Shown here: positions 27,092 to 41,547 of the stretch, one piece after another | Layout: each line of letters starts with the position of its first letter | Position numbering within the stretch: position 1 is the first letter of the stretch | Assembly: GCF_036321535.1 (NCBI RefSeq) | Contig: NC_087437.1 | Span: forward strand, 102,488,001-102,552,000 | Origin: Camelus dromedarius | Taxonomy: Eukaryota | Length of the DNA: 64,000 nucleotides | Direction: 5' to 3' | Position numbers and translations under genes: made by a program | Notes under the pieces: generated by a model | What the model saw: only the letters and a program-made list of their open reading frames with translations | Told to the model about the DNA's origin: nothing | Databases searched by the model: none

Positions 27092-28664
27092 ATATCTCCG
27101 AAATTTAATCTAAAGTTGTTATCTTCAACTCTATCAAATGGGACAAAAGAGACACGCTATTTTTTAACTCCTGTTTATCTTTCTGAATAAAATGCAGAGA
27201 AAAGCTGAAGAGATCAGTCTTTTTAAAAAGGGAAAGTAATCCTTTATGCCTCCAAATAAAATTGAATTATAACATTCTTCTTATCTTTCTAGGTATCTAT
27301 GTTGCTTAAAGATCAGAAGTTAAATTTAAAAAGTAGGCCGAAGTTTGTATGTAGAAAATGACATTTTCACTGCAATAGTCATCATTATTGTAATGCTTGT
27401 AAAGTCCAATCAATGATAAATGTCAAAGTCATAAATGGATATACTGCGTGCTGTATGAGGGCTGGGATACATGGAGAGAAATCTACTTTGGAAAGGTAAA
27501 AAAAAAAAAGAGAGAGAAAGAGAAGAAAAATTATAAAATTATGATGGCTTTTCTCTAGGGTATATTCTCTAAAGATAAATGACAAACGTGTGTTTTAAAA
27601 GACCAAAATTTTAAAAAGTAGGATAAAGTGGGTTATTTTAATTTGTTTTCTAGATTTTCAACCAGTGTTTCACTGAGTAAGATTCATAGTAACATTTAAA
27701 ATTGCAGTGAGACTGTATTTAAGATGTGACAGTGGGAATGCTTGAATTAGCGGAAAGGCAAATAAAATGAAATTGAATGTTAAGCAAAGGTCATCAAAGT
27801 GTTTGAGTGTTTACATATGTCAAGAACTTAAATACAGTGTCATATTTAATATTCACATTGCATTCCAGTAAAGGTATCATTAACCCCCTTTTCAAATGAA
27901 CAACAGCAGCAAAAGATTAAAAGAGGCTAAGTAATTTGTAAAAGATATCTATCTTATAATAGTAATATAACTAACATCAACCGCTTGCATATTCACTGGC
28001 TTTCCTCAGCCCTGCTGTTGAATAAATGAGGTAAAGAATGTCGTAGGTTATGTATTTGACGAAGTAGCATTTGACTGTGGCATTGAATTCAGCGGTGAAA
28101 AGTTGTAAGGAAAAATATGTAGTAAGTTAAGAGATTTCAGAAAACTGATTAAAGATCTCTGGGTTTGTTGACTTTTTAGTCTTGGCTAAATTGTGTCTGA
28201 GCAAGCAACGGGAGTTCAGTTGAGGTTAAAAAGGACCATATGGGGCACCATCAGGGAGCTTAAAGGCTCAGTTCCTCTGAGAACCTGTGTGACTAAGAAC
28301 CTGGATTCATAGAGTTAACTGACCAGCAGAACTTTAATGTGCTGGGAGAAGTACAGTGAGGTCACATTGGAACTGTGAAGTTACAGAAAGCAAAGGCACT
28401 GTTCCAGGGACCTGCCATCTCCAGGTCATGTTGACCTTTCTGCTCAGGGGTCCTGGTTACAGGTATGTGCCATGAACACATTTTGAACATTCAAAATGTT
28501 CAAAGAGAAGGACTCGAGGAAAATGAGTCCACCTTTACTGAGTCATTAGAGAGACTGAGTGGTTGCAAAATATGATGGAAGAAATAACTCTGATAGAGGG
28601 GCAGACTTTTCATTTAAAAGATTCTGAAGAAATAGAGGAGAATCAAGGTCATTGCCAGGATACA

Positions 28665-29088
28665 AGATAAGACAGACATAGAGATGCACGGCCCAGCTGC
28701 TCCTTTAATGAAAGACTTGCTGCCAGTCCTGGGAATTCAGTGACGGACTCCAGCTGTCAGCTCCTTTTAGGACCTAGTCTCCATCTCGAGGAGTTACCTT
28801 TCCAAGGACCACATCCTTCCAAGAAATCTGCATACAGTTGTTTTTCAGGTGGGGGGTATAAAGGATGGACAATTTCAGCTCAATGTGGGCTTTCTGACCA
28901 GCAATCTTTACCCCACAGCTTCCTGTGGGATTAGCCCAAGCTTTGTCACCTCTGTGAAAGCAATTTGATTCCTTCCCCTGCCAAATCCTGAGTCTGCCTC
29001 CTTCTTTTCACAAGTGTCGATCCTTGCTAAATATTTGGCACCCCAGACTCCATATCAAAATCTGCCTCTGGAAGACTCAACTTGTAAA
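28665..29088 (+). mobile_element. LTR16A-like ERVL LTR
   Basis: ctccagctgtcagctcct, ggggtataaagg, cccctgccaaatcctg, atctgcctctgga motifs recalled from LTR16. Confidence 0.75.
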
Positions 29089-30244
29089 ATCAAGGTTGCT
29101 AGATCAAAGAATATGTTTCCTAAAAGTTAAAAAAAAAGTGATATGCATTGTTTTCAGAGAAAGGTTAACTTGGAAAAATAGCAATCCAAGCTCCAGTTTA
29201 TGAATCCAATCCAAGCTCTCAGATTATGAAAATCTGAGAAAATCTCTGGTCCTCTTCAGTGGTAGAAATGTTGATGTTGGAAAGAGAAGACCAGAAGTCA
29301 ATCTCAAATCTAATATTTGTTCAGTTGCTTGATTTTGGGCAAGTTACATCTCATCAAGCGCCAGTTCCTTCCTTGGTGACATGGTCTATTACATAGGTAA
29401 TCAGAGTACTTTTTTTTTTTTCACTTTGAAACATTTAGTATTCTACCTTCTCTGCTCTGGTAGCCTTTGTTAATTGTACTAGAATGTTCCAGCCACTAGA
29501 AAAATGGATTATTACTCAATAAGTGATTGAGATGAATTGTGTGCAAGATATGACTTATTAAACCAACTGATCATTAACACTTCTACTATATTTCAGAAAA
29601 TAAAGCTTCTCCTCAAATTCCCCAGCTTCACCTGAAATGATTTTGACTCCTTTTTGTCGAAGGACTTAGTGTATAAATGAACTTTCTTTCTTCTAATTAA
29701 ATTTAGGTCTTCGAAATAGAGTCGAGCTTATTTACAAGAAAGCCACAGAAATATTATTTCCCTCCATGCAAATCTTTTGAAAATCCCACAAGTCTCTTTC
29801 TTTTAAAGTACCTGTGAAGGGTCTGCACATTGTGAAGGCTCTTTCAAGCTTCCTGAATAAACTGACAATTCTTTCCTTTGTCTATCTAGGATACATGTAT
29901 CTATTTCTTGTAGGGCATCTGAGATGCATTGTATTTTATTGCTTTCATACCTGTTTCTGCTAGACTATGGGGACCTCAAAAGCAATGACTGCATGGGACA
30001 GCACAATCCAAGTGATTGACATATATAATCGACAAAAAAAAAAGAGATAATGATAGGTTGGTTTTGAGTCGGTTGGGTATATCCTGTAATCAACATGTGG
30101 TTTTCAAATTGTTCACAGCTGAGTTCCTTAAAGGTCTTTATTTCATAGATGGAGGTTTATTCCCTTTCCTTACTCCAACCATAAAAGAACTATAAATATT
30201 TTGAACCAATAAGAGCACAGGGTCATTACATATTTATGCATATA

Positions 30245-30420
30245 TTCTGCCTCTACCACTTCTCAACAGTGTGACCACATGAAATCTTTTTGAACCTCAA
30301 GGACTTTTTTACAATGGGTTCAGTAATCTCAGTCTCACAAAGTGGTTTTGAAGAATAAGTGGAATTGCTCATGCAAAGCCCTACTATGGTGCCCAGCATA
30401 CAGTACTCCATGGAGGTTAT
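30245..30420 (+). mobile_element. MIR fragment
   Basis: ctctaccactt...gtgtgacc...ggtgcccagcatacagta. Confidence 0.7.
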
Positions 30421-31307
30421 TTCTCTTCGCATCAGAAAATAAAGAAGCTGCCCCTTGTGGTAAGTTTCCTCCAAATCACTAGATGTTGTAGCTACCAAGA
30501 TCACTTTAGCAATACAATCTTGAATCCTAGATAGTCACTCCTATATAAAGTTTATTCTGGCTCTCAGAATCTTAGGCAATTTATTGATGCTACAATGTTT
30601 GTCACATCATGGGAGCCTGGACATGGACTTTACCCACACGCGCAAATGTAGATTTTCTGATCAAGACTTATAAAATAGAATATGCTTCTCTCAATGTACT
30701 ATTTCACAACCTTCATTCATTTTTAATTCCCTCCCATCAAAAAGATTAACAAGCCTGCCACTACAGTTACATGTTAATTCAGAAATGATTGTCTTAACAA
30801 TTTCATATTTTCTCACTGTGCAGTCGTTGGAACTCCTGTCAATGATGATGTACCTCTAAAATTACAAGACTGACTTCATACGAATTTGTGAGAGCTTAAT
30901 GAGACAATGGGTTCAAGTTTCTTAATAAAGCAATACTTTAGTACATTTCATCTCTATACTTGAATGTTATGGTATTGTTAGTAGAAACTTTACTAATGAT
31001 TTTATTTAGCTACCTTCCCAACTCCATGAAACAAACAAATATTAAATTATATATATTCTACACACTAAATTAGGGAAAACATTGTATAATAATAACAGGG
31101 AATTTCATTTAAAATATCTAGATTTATATTAGCTCCTCTGTGAGGCACTTCTATGTTATCCTCTTCTCCCATCTTTGTAGTCAACTGTTTGTTCGGACGA
31201 AATGCACAATGATGCAATATGGCTTTACCTCCCAACATTTATACTTGAACCAAAAATCCAGAACATATCTCCCAATTGTGATCTAAATACTTTTGTGAAA
31301 CAAGGGC

Positions 31308-34210
31308 TACTAGGAGTTTAATGGTTTCAGGTCTTACATATAGGTCTTTATCCATTTTGAGTTTAATTTTGTATATGGTGTGAGGAAATGTTCTAATCTC
31401 ATTCTTTTACATGTAACTGTCCAGTGTTTCCAGCACCATGTACTGAAGAGGCTGTCTTTTCTCCACTGTATATTCTTGACTCCTTTGTCATGATTAATTG
31501 ACCATAGGTATGCGGGTTTATTTCTGGGCTCTCTATTCGGTTCCATTGATCTATGTGTCTGTTTTGGTGCCAGTATCATATTTTTTGATATTGTAGCTTC
31601 ATAGTATAATCTGAAGTCTGGGAAAGTGGTTATCTCCAGCTTTGTTATTTTTACTCAAGATTGCTTTGGCAATTCAGGGTCTTTTGTGGCTCTACATAAA
31701 TCCTAGGATTATTTATTCTAGTTCTGTGAAAAATGTCATGGGTATTTTGATAGTGATTGCATTAAATCTGTAGATTGCTTTGGGTAGTATGGTCATTTTA
31801 ACAATATTTATTCTTCTAACTTATGAACACAGGGTATTTTCCATGTCTATGTATAATCATCAATTTCCTTTATCAATGTTTTATAGCTTTCAGAGTATAG
31901 GTCTTTCCCCTTCTTGGTTAAGTTTATTCCTAGATATTTCATTCTTTTTGATGCTATTTTGAACAAGATTTTTGTTTGTTTTCTTTTTTTGATAGTTCAT
32001 TGTTATATAGAAAGGAAACAGATTTCTGTATATTAATCTGTATCCTGTAACTTTACTAAGTTCACTTATTAGTTCTTATAGCTTTTTATTGGAGACTTTA
32101 TGGTTTTCTATATGTAGTACTATGTTATCTGCAAAGACTGACAATTTTACCTCTTCCTCTTCAGTTTGGATGTCTTTTTTTTTTTTTCTTGTCTGATTGC
32201 TGTGGCTTGAACATCCAATACTATGTTAAATAGAAGTGACAAGAGTAGACATCCTTGTCTTGCTCCTGAAATTAGAGCAAAGGTTTTCAGCTTTTCACCA
32301 TTGAATATGATGTTAGCTATGGGTTTAATATAAATGGCCTTTATTATGTTGAGGTATGTTCCCTCTGTACCTTATCATGGATGGATGTTGAATTTTGTCA
32401 ATTGCTTTTTCTGTGTCTATTGCACTGATCATGTGATTTTCATCTTTCCTCTTTTAATATAGTGTATCACACTGATTGATTTGCAAATATTGAACCATTC
32501 TTGCATCCTTGGAATAAAGCCCACTTGATCATGGTCGATTATCTTTTTTACATATTGTTGGGTTTGGTTTACTAATGGTTTGTTGAGTATTTTTTCATCT
32601 ACACTCATCAAAGATATTGGCCTGAAATTTTCTTTTTTTGTAGTGTCTTTGGTTTTGGTATCAGGGTAAGAGTGGCCTTGTAGAATGAATTTGGAAGTGT
32701 CCCATCCTCTTCAATCTTTGGAATAATTTGAGAAGTATAGGTATTGGTTTTTCTTTATATGCTTGGTAGAATTCCCCTGTGGAGCCTGGAAATTTGTTTG
32801 CTGGGAGTTTTTTGTTTTGTTTTGTTTTGTTTTTTACATTCAATTTCAGTACTAGTGATTGGTCTGTTCAGATTATCTGTTTATTCCTGATTCAATCTTG
32901 GATGGTTATATGTTTCTAGAAATTTGTCCATTTCTTCTAGGATGTCCAATTTGTTAGCATATAACCTAATAGTATTCTCTTACGATTTTTGTGTCTCTGT
33001 GGTATTGGTTGTTATTTCTTCTCTTTCATTTTTTATATTGTTTATTTTGGTCCTCACTTTTATTTTCTTGATGAGCCTGGCTAAAGATTAATCAATTTTG
33101 TTTACCTTTTCAAAAGACCAGCTCTTGGTTTTATTGATCTTTTTTTATCTTTTTGGTCTCTATTTCCTTTATTTCCTCTCTGGTCATTATTATTTCCTTT
33201 CTTCTGCTGACTGTCTGCTTTGTTTGTTCTTCTTTTTCTAATTCTTTTGTGTGGCAGGTTAGATTGTTTATTTGATGTTTTTCTTCTTTTCTTCAGCTAG
33301 ACCTATATTGCTATAAACTTCCCTGTTTTGGCTGTATTGCATAGATTTTGAAGAGTTTTGTGTGAATTTTCATTTGTCTTGAGGTATTTTCTGATTTCTT
33401 CTTTGATTTCTTCATTGATCTACTTTTTTTTTTTTAGTAACTTCTTTTTTAGTTTCCACATGTTTGTGCTTTTCCCATTTTTAATCCTGTAATTGATTTC
33501 TACTTTCATGCTACTGTGGTCAGAAAAAAAAATTCTTGATATAATTTCTAACCCCTTAATTTGTTGAGATTTTTTTTTGTTGCCTAGCATGTAATCTATC
33601 CTGGAGAACATTCCATGTACACTCGAAAAGAATGTGTATTCTGCTGTTTTTGGATGGAATGTCCTATAGATATCTGTTAAATCCAACTGGTTTATTATAC
33701 CATTAAAACAACTGCTGCCTCATTGGTTTTCTGTCTGAATGATCTATCCATTAATTTAAGTGAGGTGTTAAAATCCTCTCATATTATTGCATCATTGTCA
33801 ATGTCTTCCTTAAGCTTTGTTAATATTCGCTTTATATATTTAAGTGCTCCTGTATTGGGTCCATATATGTAAATGACCATAATATCCTCTTCTTGTATTA
33901 ATTTCTTTATCATTACATAATGATCTTTGCCTTCCTATTATAGATTTTGATTTTAAAGTCTATTTTGTCTGATATGACTATTGCTACCCTCACCACTTGC
34001 CATTTCCATTTGTGTGAAATATCTTTTTCTATCCACTCACTTTCAGTCTATGTGAGTCTTTAGCTTTGAAGTGAGTCTTTTGTAAGCAGCATATAGATGG
34101 GTCTTGCTTTTTTTTTTTTTTTTTGTCTTAATCCAATCAGTCACCATATATCTTTTGATTGGAGCATTTACACAAAAAGCAATTATTGATAGGTATGTAC
34201 TTATTGCCAT
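31308..34210 (-). pseudogene. Disrupted L1 ORF2 (endonuclease and reverse transcriptase)
   Basis: Start MAISTYLSII at 34210; MDLTDIYRTFHPKTAEYTFFSS..SRIDY (endonuclease); [21 protein letters not shown] motif FADN (FADD-like) near 32125; LTPYTKLNSKWIK. Many stops and frameshifts. Confidence 0.93.
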
Positions 34211-36230
34211 TTTACTAATTGTTTTCTGGTTGTTTTTGTAGTTCTTCCCTGTTTATGTCTTCTTATTTTTGTTTCTTCTCTTGTGGTTTGATGGTTTTCT
34301 TTAGTAGTATGCTTGTATTCCTTTCTTTGTGGTTTGCATGTATCTGCAGAAGGTTTTTTGATTTGTAGTTACCGTGGGGCTTATATATATTGACCTATAG
34401 CTATATCTACTTGTTTTAAACTGGTAGTCATTTAAATTCAAACACTTTCTGAAAGATCTAACTTTTTTACTACCCTCTACCACATTTTGTCTTTTTGATG
34501 TCACATTTTACATTTTTGTGTTTATTCCTTCACTATTTATTGTAGTTATGGTTTCTTTAACAATTTTTTGTCTTCTATTCTTCTTACTAGCTTATATAAT
34601 TTGTTAAGCCTCAGCTCTTAATATACATTTGCCTTTCCTGGTGTGATTTTTCTTTTCCTATAGATTCTTACTTCTTGTTATATAGCCTTTCTTTTCCACT
34701 TAGAGAAGAACATTTAACATTTCTTTTAGGGTAGGTTTAGTATTAATAGCTGTTAGTTTTTGTTTTTGTGAAAAGTTCTTTGATTCTAAATGATTATTTT
34801 AGAGTAGGGTATCTTAGAGTGCAGATTTTTCCCTTTTAGCACTTTGAATATATCATGCCTTCTGACCTGCAAAGTTTCTGCAGAAAAATCAGCTTATAGC
34901 TTTATGAGGGTTCCTTTTTATATGACTGTTTTTCTCTTGCTGCCTTTAGAATCCTCTCTTTAACTTTTGTCATTTTAATTATGATATGTCTTGGTATGAA
35001 TCTGTTTGGATTCTTCTTGTTTGAGAACTTTTGTGCTTCCTGTACCTGGATATCTATTTCCTTCTTCAGGCTTGGAATATTTTCAGGCTAACTTCATCAC
35101 ATACTTTTTTGACTCCATTCTCTCTTCTCCTTCTTGTACCTCTAAAATACAAATGTTGGTACATTTTATGTCATTCCAGAGATCTCTTAAACTGCTCTCA
35201 TTTTTTAAAGTTTGTTTTTCTTTTTTCTGTTCTGACTGGGCGATTTACATTATTCTGTATTCCAGATCACTCAAGTGTTCTACTGTATCACCTAGTCAGC
35301 TGTTCATTTCTTCTAGTGTAGTTTTTATTTCAGTTATTGTATTCTTTAGTTCTGGATGGTTTTCTTTCTTATATTTTATAGTCCCTTGTTAAAATTCTTA
35401 CTGTGTTTATCTATACTTTTCCCTAATTCAGTTGCCACTCTTTTTTCTAATACTTTGAATTCTTTATCTGGTACATTGTTTATTTTTGTTTTATTATTGA
35501 TTTTTCAGGATTTTTCTCTTGCTCTTTCAATTGAGACCAGCTCCTCTGTCTTTTCATTTTGCTTGAACTTCTCTGATTCTGTGAATTTAGGTGAAGCAGT
35601 TACCTACTGCTGTCTTGAAGGGGTGTCCTTATGTGGTACCATCTTTATACAGTCAGTGTGTGCCCAATACCTTTGGTGGGAGAGCTGGATTTGACATGAG
35701 TAGAAGTCATGCCAGGGTGTGCCAGCAGCTATCACCTTGGTAGGAGGTGGGGCTGGAGCCAGATGTGAGGCACAGCTTCCTCTGTCCTTAGTGGCCATCA
35801 CTGCCCTAGTGAGGGTTGATACAGATCCCAATTTGATGGAGCAGAAGTCCTGAGGATAGGGTCTGAATCAGCTGTGTTCTCTTTAAGTCTGTGCTCTATC
35901 TTCTCTCAGCACCAGCACTCTCATCCCAGAGGGGAGCAACACTGGAGCAATAGGGTCCCAAGCAGGCTTTCAGCTCATAATGTGGCAAACAGGCTGTGGT
36001 GACCTGGCCACAGACCGTGGTTCAGGCTGCCTCTGATGTGCTACCTTTGCAAGGGCCACCCATAGCAGCTACTTTTGCATCCGAGTCTCCATTGTCCCTC
36101 ATAGCCAATTGATAACTACCCCACCTTCTGCTGACCTTTGTTGTGGAGCTACACTGCAGTCAGCAGGGCCCATGTGGGGTTTCTTGGGGTTTATTAGGGC
36201 TGGGGCCGTAGTGGTCTGACCACAACCACC
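31308..36230 (-). mobile_element. Decayed L1 (5' UTR, ORF1 and most of ORF2; 3' end missing)
   Basis: GC-richer 5' UTR at ~35600-36230, ORF1 remnants at ~34640-35480, ORF2 from 34210. No poly-A tail or TSD found. Confidence 0.95.
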
Positions 36231-38237
36231 TATTTTAATTTCAACAGAGTAAATGATTCTTCATAAGTATTTTTCATTAGTTTATTGAATTATTCATTTA
36301 AATTAAATTATCAATTATGAAAACATGGCAGTGAAAAGTGTTGATTGAGCCTAACATTTGCTTTAATGTAGCCTGCTTGAGAAGCTTTTATAGCAAACAG
36401 ATATTACCATGTACAACGTCTACATTGTAAATTTATTAATATAATGCTTATTTGTATACAAGAAGCATCTTTTTTTTTTTTTAAAGACATGTGATTGAGT
36501 CTCTTTGTTTTAGTTTTACATAATGAATTCTAGGTTCATGGTTGTGATGGTTCTCCTATAAGAAAACAAGACTTCAGAGAAGAGACATTTTTCCATAGTA
36601 GTAACATTTTTTAAATGATGAAAAATATGCCTAAAAGTTGTTTCCTTCAATAAGATATAGAACATATGTTCATATTTTCATTTAATATTCACAGCAATGC
36701 CATCTAGTAGCATTATCTCCATATGATGGGTGAGAAACCCAAAGGCTTATTTGCTGAAATAATCCCTGAAATAACTTGCAGAAAGATTATTCTTACAAAG
36801 TGAGTGAAATATTTTGAGTGACTTTGTTGAAAATAATAACAGTAAATTTGCTCCATAGGTTTATGGTCTGTACTCTGCAGATGATCTTTCCCACATTCAA
36901 TCATCTCTGCCCTTTATCTCTGGATGACAAATGTCCCTACAATGTCCCATTTGTCAGCATCAGCTCTCATGAACTTTCTTTAATCTCTACAGCATTAACA
37001 TTAGCTAAGTTACATTAGCTAGGGCTAAATTAAAATTGTGCCTTTATTCATTTAGTATACAGTGATTGTTTTCCATAAATGATTAAATCATTTCATGTAT
37101 TATATACATTTTAATATCCTCTAAATTGCATATTTGAGACATTTTATAAAGAACTTCAAATATATGACTTAAAAATATATAACTTCAAAGATTAAAAAGT
37201 ATAAATAAAATCTACTCTTTATATAGTTTAATATGTATAAAAAGAATTTAAAATGTATTTACAAAGTAAGAGAATGATCACTTGAGTGTACAAGTGAACA
37301 GTCTTAAAAAATGGAGTAGCTTACCAAGAACATAAGATTGATTATGAAACTTTTTGGATTCTGTTCCTAGCTCTACTGTTGCTTGACTTTGGCAAGATCT
37401 AAAATATAGTCAACTTTTCACTTTCTTTATGCATATGAACTAAATTAAATGATTCCCATCCCACCCATATGGTGGACTTTCTGCACAGATGCAGTTAGTA
37501 TTACATGCTGTGAAAAATCCCAGCTGTAAACTGAAAACGGTGCCTTCATTTGTTTTCTATTGTTTTCAGTTTTGTTTTTTTTTTAAATAAGCTTAAGAGG
37601 CAAATGAAAAACAGAAAACAACCAGAGTATCGGCTAGGTCCACAATTAAGTGATGAAAGATGGGAATGGCTGGAAACAAAAAAGAAAAATACAGATACAT
37701 GTAAATGAAAAGAATGATGAAAATGGTGAAACTCACAATATTTGCAAGCTTCTTAAAATGTATGGTCTACAAAGGAAATGTCCTCCAAAAGAAATATTCA
37801 GAAAACCAAAATATGTTCCAAAGTTCTGTCCTGAGGGAATGTGTTCTGAGGAAATTCCTGTGCTGTTTTTCCCTAAGAGCATAAAAATCTGAAAGCAAGG
37901 TAGGGAATTTGTAGTACCTCAAATGTGTACCAATTATAATTAAATTAATTACAATTAAGGCTGGCATTCCAGCTTTAAGATTAATTTCCCAAAGAGGTGG
38001 GTTTAAAACAAAATTAACTCTCTACTGTAACTCAAGTCTTTAGGTGTTCTTACGAGAAATTTCTACTCAGAATTTTCTTTGGTTCCAGATTCTTATATAT
38101 TTCTCAGTGAAAAATTAGTTTCACAGTGCCTCAGGCTAAAAGCCAATCTGAAAATCTGGAAGGATTCAGCATAAGTTTGTGTGTACATAGCAGGCAGAGA
38201 CAGAGATGTACCTGAATACACATGTGATTTTAGAAGA

Positions 38238-38313
38238 CGATGCATGACTGGGACTTTGTGCTGTAGACCAGAAATCGACACATTGTAATTGACTATATTT
38301 TATTTTTAAAAAA
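38238..38313 (+). mobile_element. Very short L1 3' tail
   Basis: tgcatgactgggactttgtgctgtagaccagaaatcgacacattgtaattgactata matches the L1 tail at 26.6 kb. Confidence 0.8.
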
Positions 38314-39194
38314 GTTGAGGAAAGTTTGATGAAGAACAGGATAATTATATCATGTCAAAATATCTTCCACAAATAAATTATTAATTACAAAGCAAAAAAA
38401 AAAAAAAGAGGAAGATGATACATACAAAAACTGAATAATTCAGAATCATTTTTTAAATAAAATCTTTTCTGTAGCTAGGAAATCAGCTCTATCCTTGTCA
38501 CAGTCTCTCTGTCTCTATCTCTGTCTCTGTCTTTATGTCCATAACTCTGTCATTTCTACCTCTATCTCTTAGTTAAAGCCTCCTGCGTAGGCCTCCCAGA
38601 GTAATTTGTCTAGTGGCAAAGTGTCTGGTGTGCAGACCACTGAGAAACTTTAACTACTTCATGATATTTCAATAGCTGACAATAATGTGACTGTGATGAA
38701 ATGAGTATGTATTGTTTGAAAATAAATTTTTTTGAAAGTTCACATTCCTCCCAAATTCAGCCTCCTACCAGTACTGTAATAGCACATAATAAGGATAAGG
38801 AAAAGTTAACAAAACAGATATGAAGTTTGTTGTTTATTCTCTCGAGTATCATAGGTAATTCTCTGCCCCTAAAATGGGCGTTCAGTATTGTGTGATATAT
38901 GGTACCAATTCCTTCCTGGAAAAGTCTTAACTAGATCCAGGTTGCTTATACATTTTGGGGTGAAGACTCTCATATACCCTTGCAAATGTTCAACATCCTT
39001 ATATCAAATAATAGACAAATACTAAAAGTACATACATTATGTATAAAAAATTTTGGTCAAAAAAATGTCAGCTATTTTAGCTGTGTCTCAGTCACAAACA
39101 GAGACTGACAGAATATTCTAAGTTAATGAAAGGAATGCTCTATTCACTGAACCGCACTGAGCGCACATAAAGCAATGTCACGTGTTGCGAACTT

Positions 39195-39686
39195 TACACT
39201 TTTGGTTGTCCATTGCTGTGTAGACAACTGCCTTAATAGTTAGTGGCTTAAAAGAATAATTACTTACTTTGATCACAGATCTGCAGTTATGGCAGAATGA
39301 GGGTGGAATGTGGGACTTTACTCCACAGCGTGTCACTGGTGTGGCTAGACTGTGGCTGTGGAGTCCACTTCCAGGATGACTTGTCCCTGTGGCTGTGACC
39401 TGAGCCAGCGTTGCCGGCCGTGGGTCTCATCTCCTTCTCTAATGGGCATCTCCTTGAAGCTATATGTGGCTCTTCCTCGGACATGGCTGGGCTTTAAAAG
39501 AGATTATTCCAAAAGGCAAGAAGTAGAAATTGCCACTTTTCTAAGGCCTGAGCTTAGAAACTGTCACAGCATTATTTCTAAATATCTGTCAAATCAGTCA
39601 TAGAAATCTCCCATATTCAAGTAGAAGGAATATCAGCTCAGGAGGGAAAATGTCAAAGAATTTGTAGCCAGCTTTAATATTCCACA
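39195..39686 (-). mobile_element. MLT1 (MaLR) LTR, MLT1H-like
   Basis: ccattgctgtgt...tagtggcttaaaa...tgtcaaagaatttgtagccagctttaatattccaca. Confidence 0.85.
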
Positions 39687-41547
39687 AATATTAACAAGGG
39701 TACATATGGCAGATTATATGGAAAACCAGTGAGCCGGATTTTAAATCTACATTAATTTCAATTCTTTATTCCTCATACTGAGTACCTAGTTAGCACATTC
39801 CAATTTTATGTGACTATATCATTTTTTGAGTGTCAAAAAAATATACAAGCGTCTTTGTGAATAATTGACTTTGGATATATTCAAAAATTTTGAACACCTT
39901 AAAGACATGTTTTATTTACAAGACAGATACAGTCCATCTTCTCTGTATTTCCCTCACAATTTTATTAATTAGAATTTGGTTTAAAAAAATAGTTATTATT
40001 GCTATGATTGATCTATTGAATTATAGCTAAATTGTACAGTATTTTACTAAGTATTGGTTTATGTCATCTAACATTCACATAGTAAAAAATATAATTATTA
40101 TTTACTAATATTAGAATATATAACTGTTATAAGTATTATTATTTTAATTACCTTAGGTCATCCTAGACTGTAACATACTTAATGTGTCCTTTTTTGTGTA
40201 GTAAAATCCAAAGAAAATCCAATTTAAAATATAATTACCATGTAGTTCTCACTCAGCAAGACTCAAAGCTAACCGTGCCACTGCTTCAAAAATGTAAAGT
40301 GTATTATTTTCTTAAGTTGTTTATAAAGTTAAATGTAATAACTTTGCAAAGTTATATCTGACTACCAAAAATACTGTGGTAGGCCATAATCAAGGCCACT
40401 TTAGTACCAAATGGGCCAGAAGGAAACATTCCTCTGAAGTATGAAACTTTGGCAGGAAAGACTTATTTTTCAGTAGAGACAGAATCCCCATGTTAGCTGA
40501 AAGTTACAAAAGGCAGCTTGCTCACTGTAATTTTTTCTGACCTATTTAATTTTTCATCCTACATGTTATTTATTCAGCAATGAACTTTACCTCAGTCTCC
40601 CTCAGGAAGGCACTTGGGAGGCACCAGGAGCTGTTTCCCCCACGCACATCCTCATCCTGTGTATCCTTTATGTGAAATTCCTTATTTCCCAGGACAGCGG
40701 TAAACTGAGGTGACAGCAAGTTTAGCTAAGCCTGAGTTGTCATTCCTTGACAGTCTTTGAAACCTGATTAGGCTTTGTAGCCAAGCTCACAGACTGACAG
40801 GGCTGTCAAAGGCATATGTTCCAGACTCATGAAAGAATTTGATGCTGCAAAACCCAGATCTCTTTGGAGGTCATATTTTAATAATCAAAGGGCAAATATC
40901 ATTTCCTCTAGACTCAAGACCATCTCTGAAATATGTTTTCTTTGGTACATATAAAAATAACATATTTGTTTGAATGCTAGACCTAATATCTTTAAAGCAG
41001 AAGAGATAGTCAATACTAGTGATGATGAAATCCACACTTTACAAATGAGGAACATACTGAGGGTTGTGGAAACTCGTTTCAGCTACACAGCTTATTAGAA
41101 GCAGAGTAAGAATTGGGGTCTAGGCTTCTGGGTCTCTCGAGCTTTCTTTAATAGCTATCATGCATCAAGATTTTCTGCACAGAAACATGTCATCAGTATA
41201 AATGATGTGGCAGACTATGTAAAATATATTTGTTGTGTTAGCAATTATAAGGAAATCTCTTTTGTTGATTACCAGTATTACCTGGAAAAAGTAATATGCA
41301 TTAGTGAAGGAGGCATGGAGCAGATATCTGGCTAAGATGATAACAGAATGCTATGTTTCTGCTGCTGAGACATACAAATACTGAATATAATATGTAAACA
41401 TACAAATAATATGTGATATATATAAATATATACTTTTATATATATCATTTATAGGAGAGAGAGCGAGAAAATCAAGCTTGAAGTTAACAAAGGGAGATGT
41501 TCAGATGCCCTAGCAGCAAAATGAGGAAATAAGGTGGAAGTTCTGTG

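Noticed and set aside
35006..35694. Longest plus-strand ORFs (128 and 112 aa, hydrophobic)
   Set aside because: They are antisense to L1 ORF1; T-rich composition produces Phe/Leu/Ser-rich chance ORFs.
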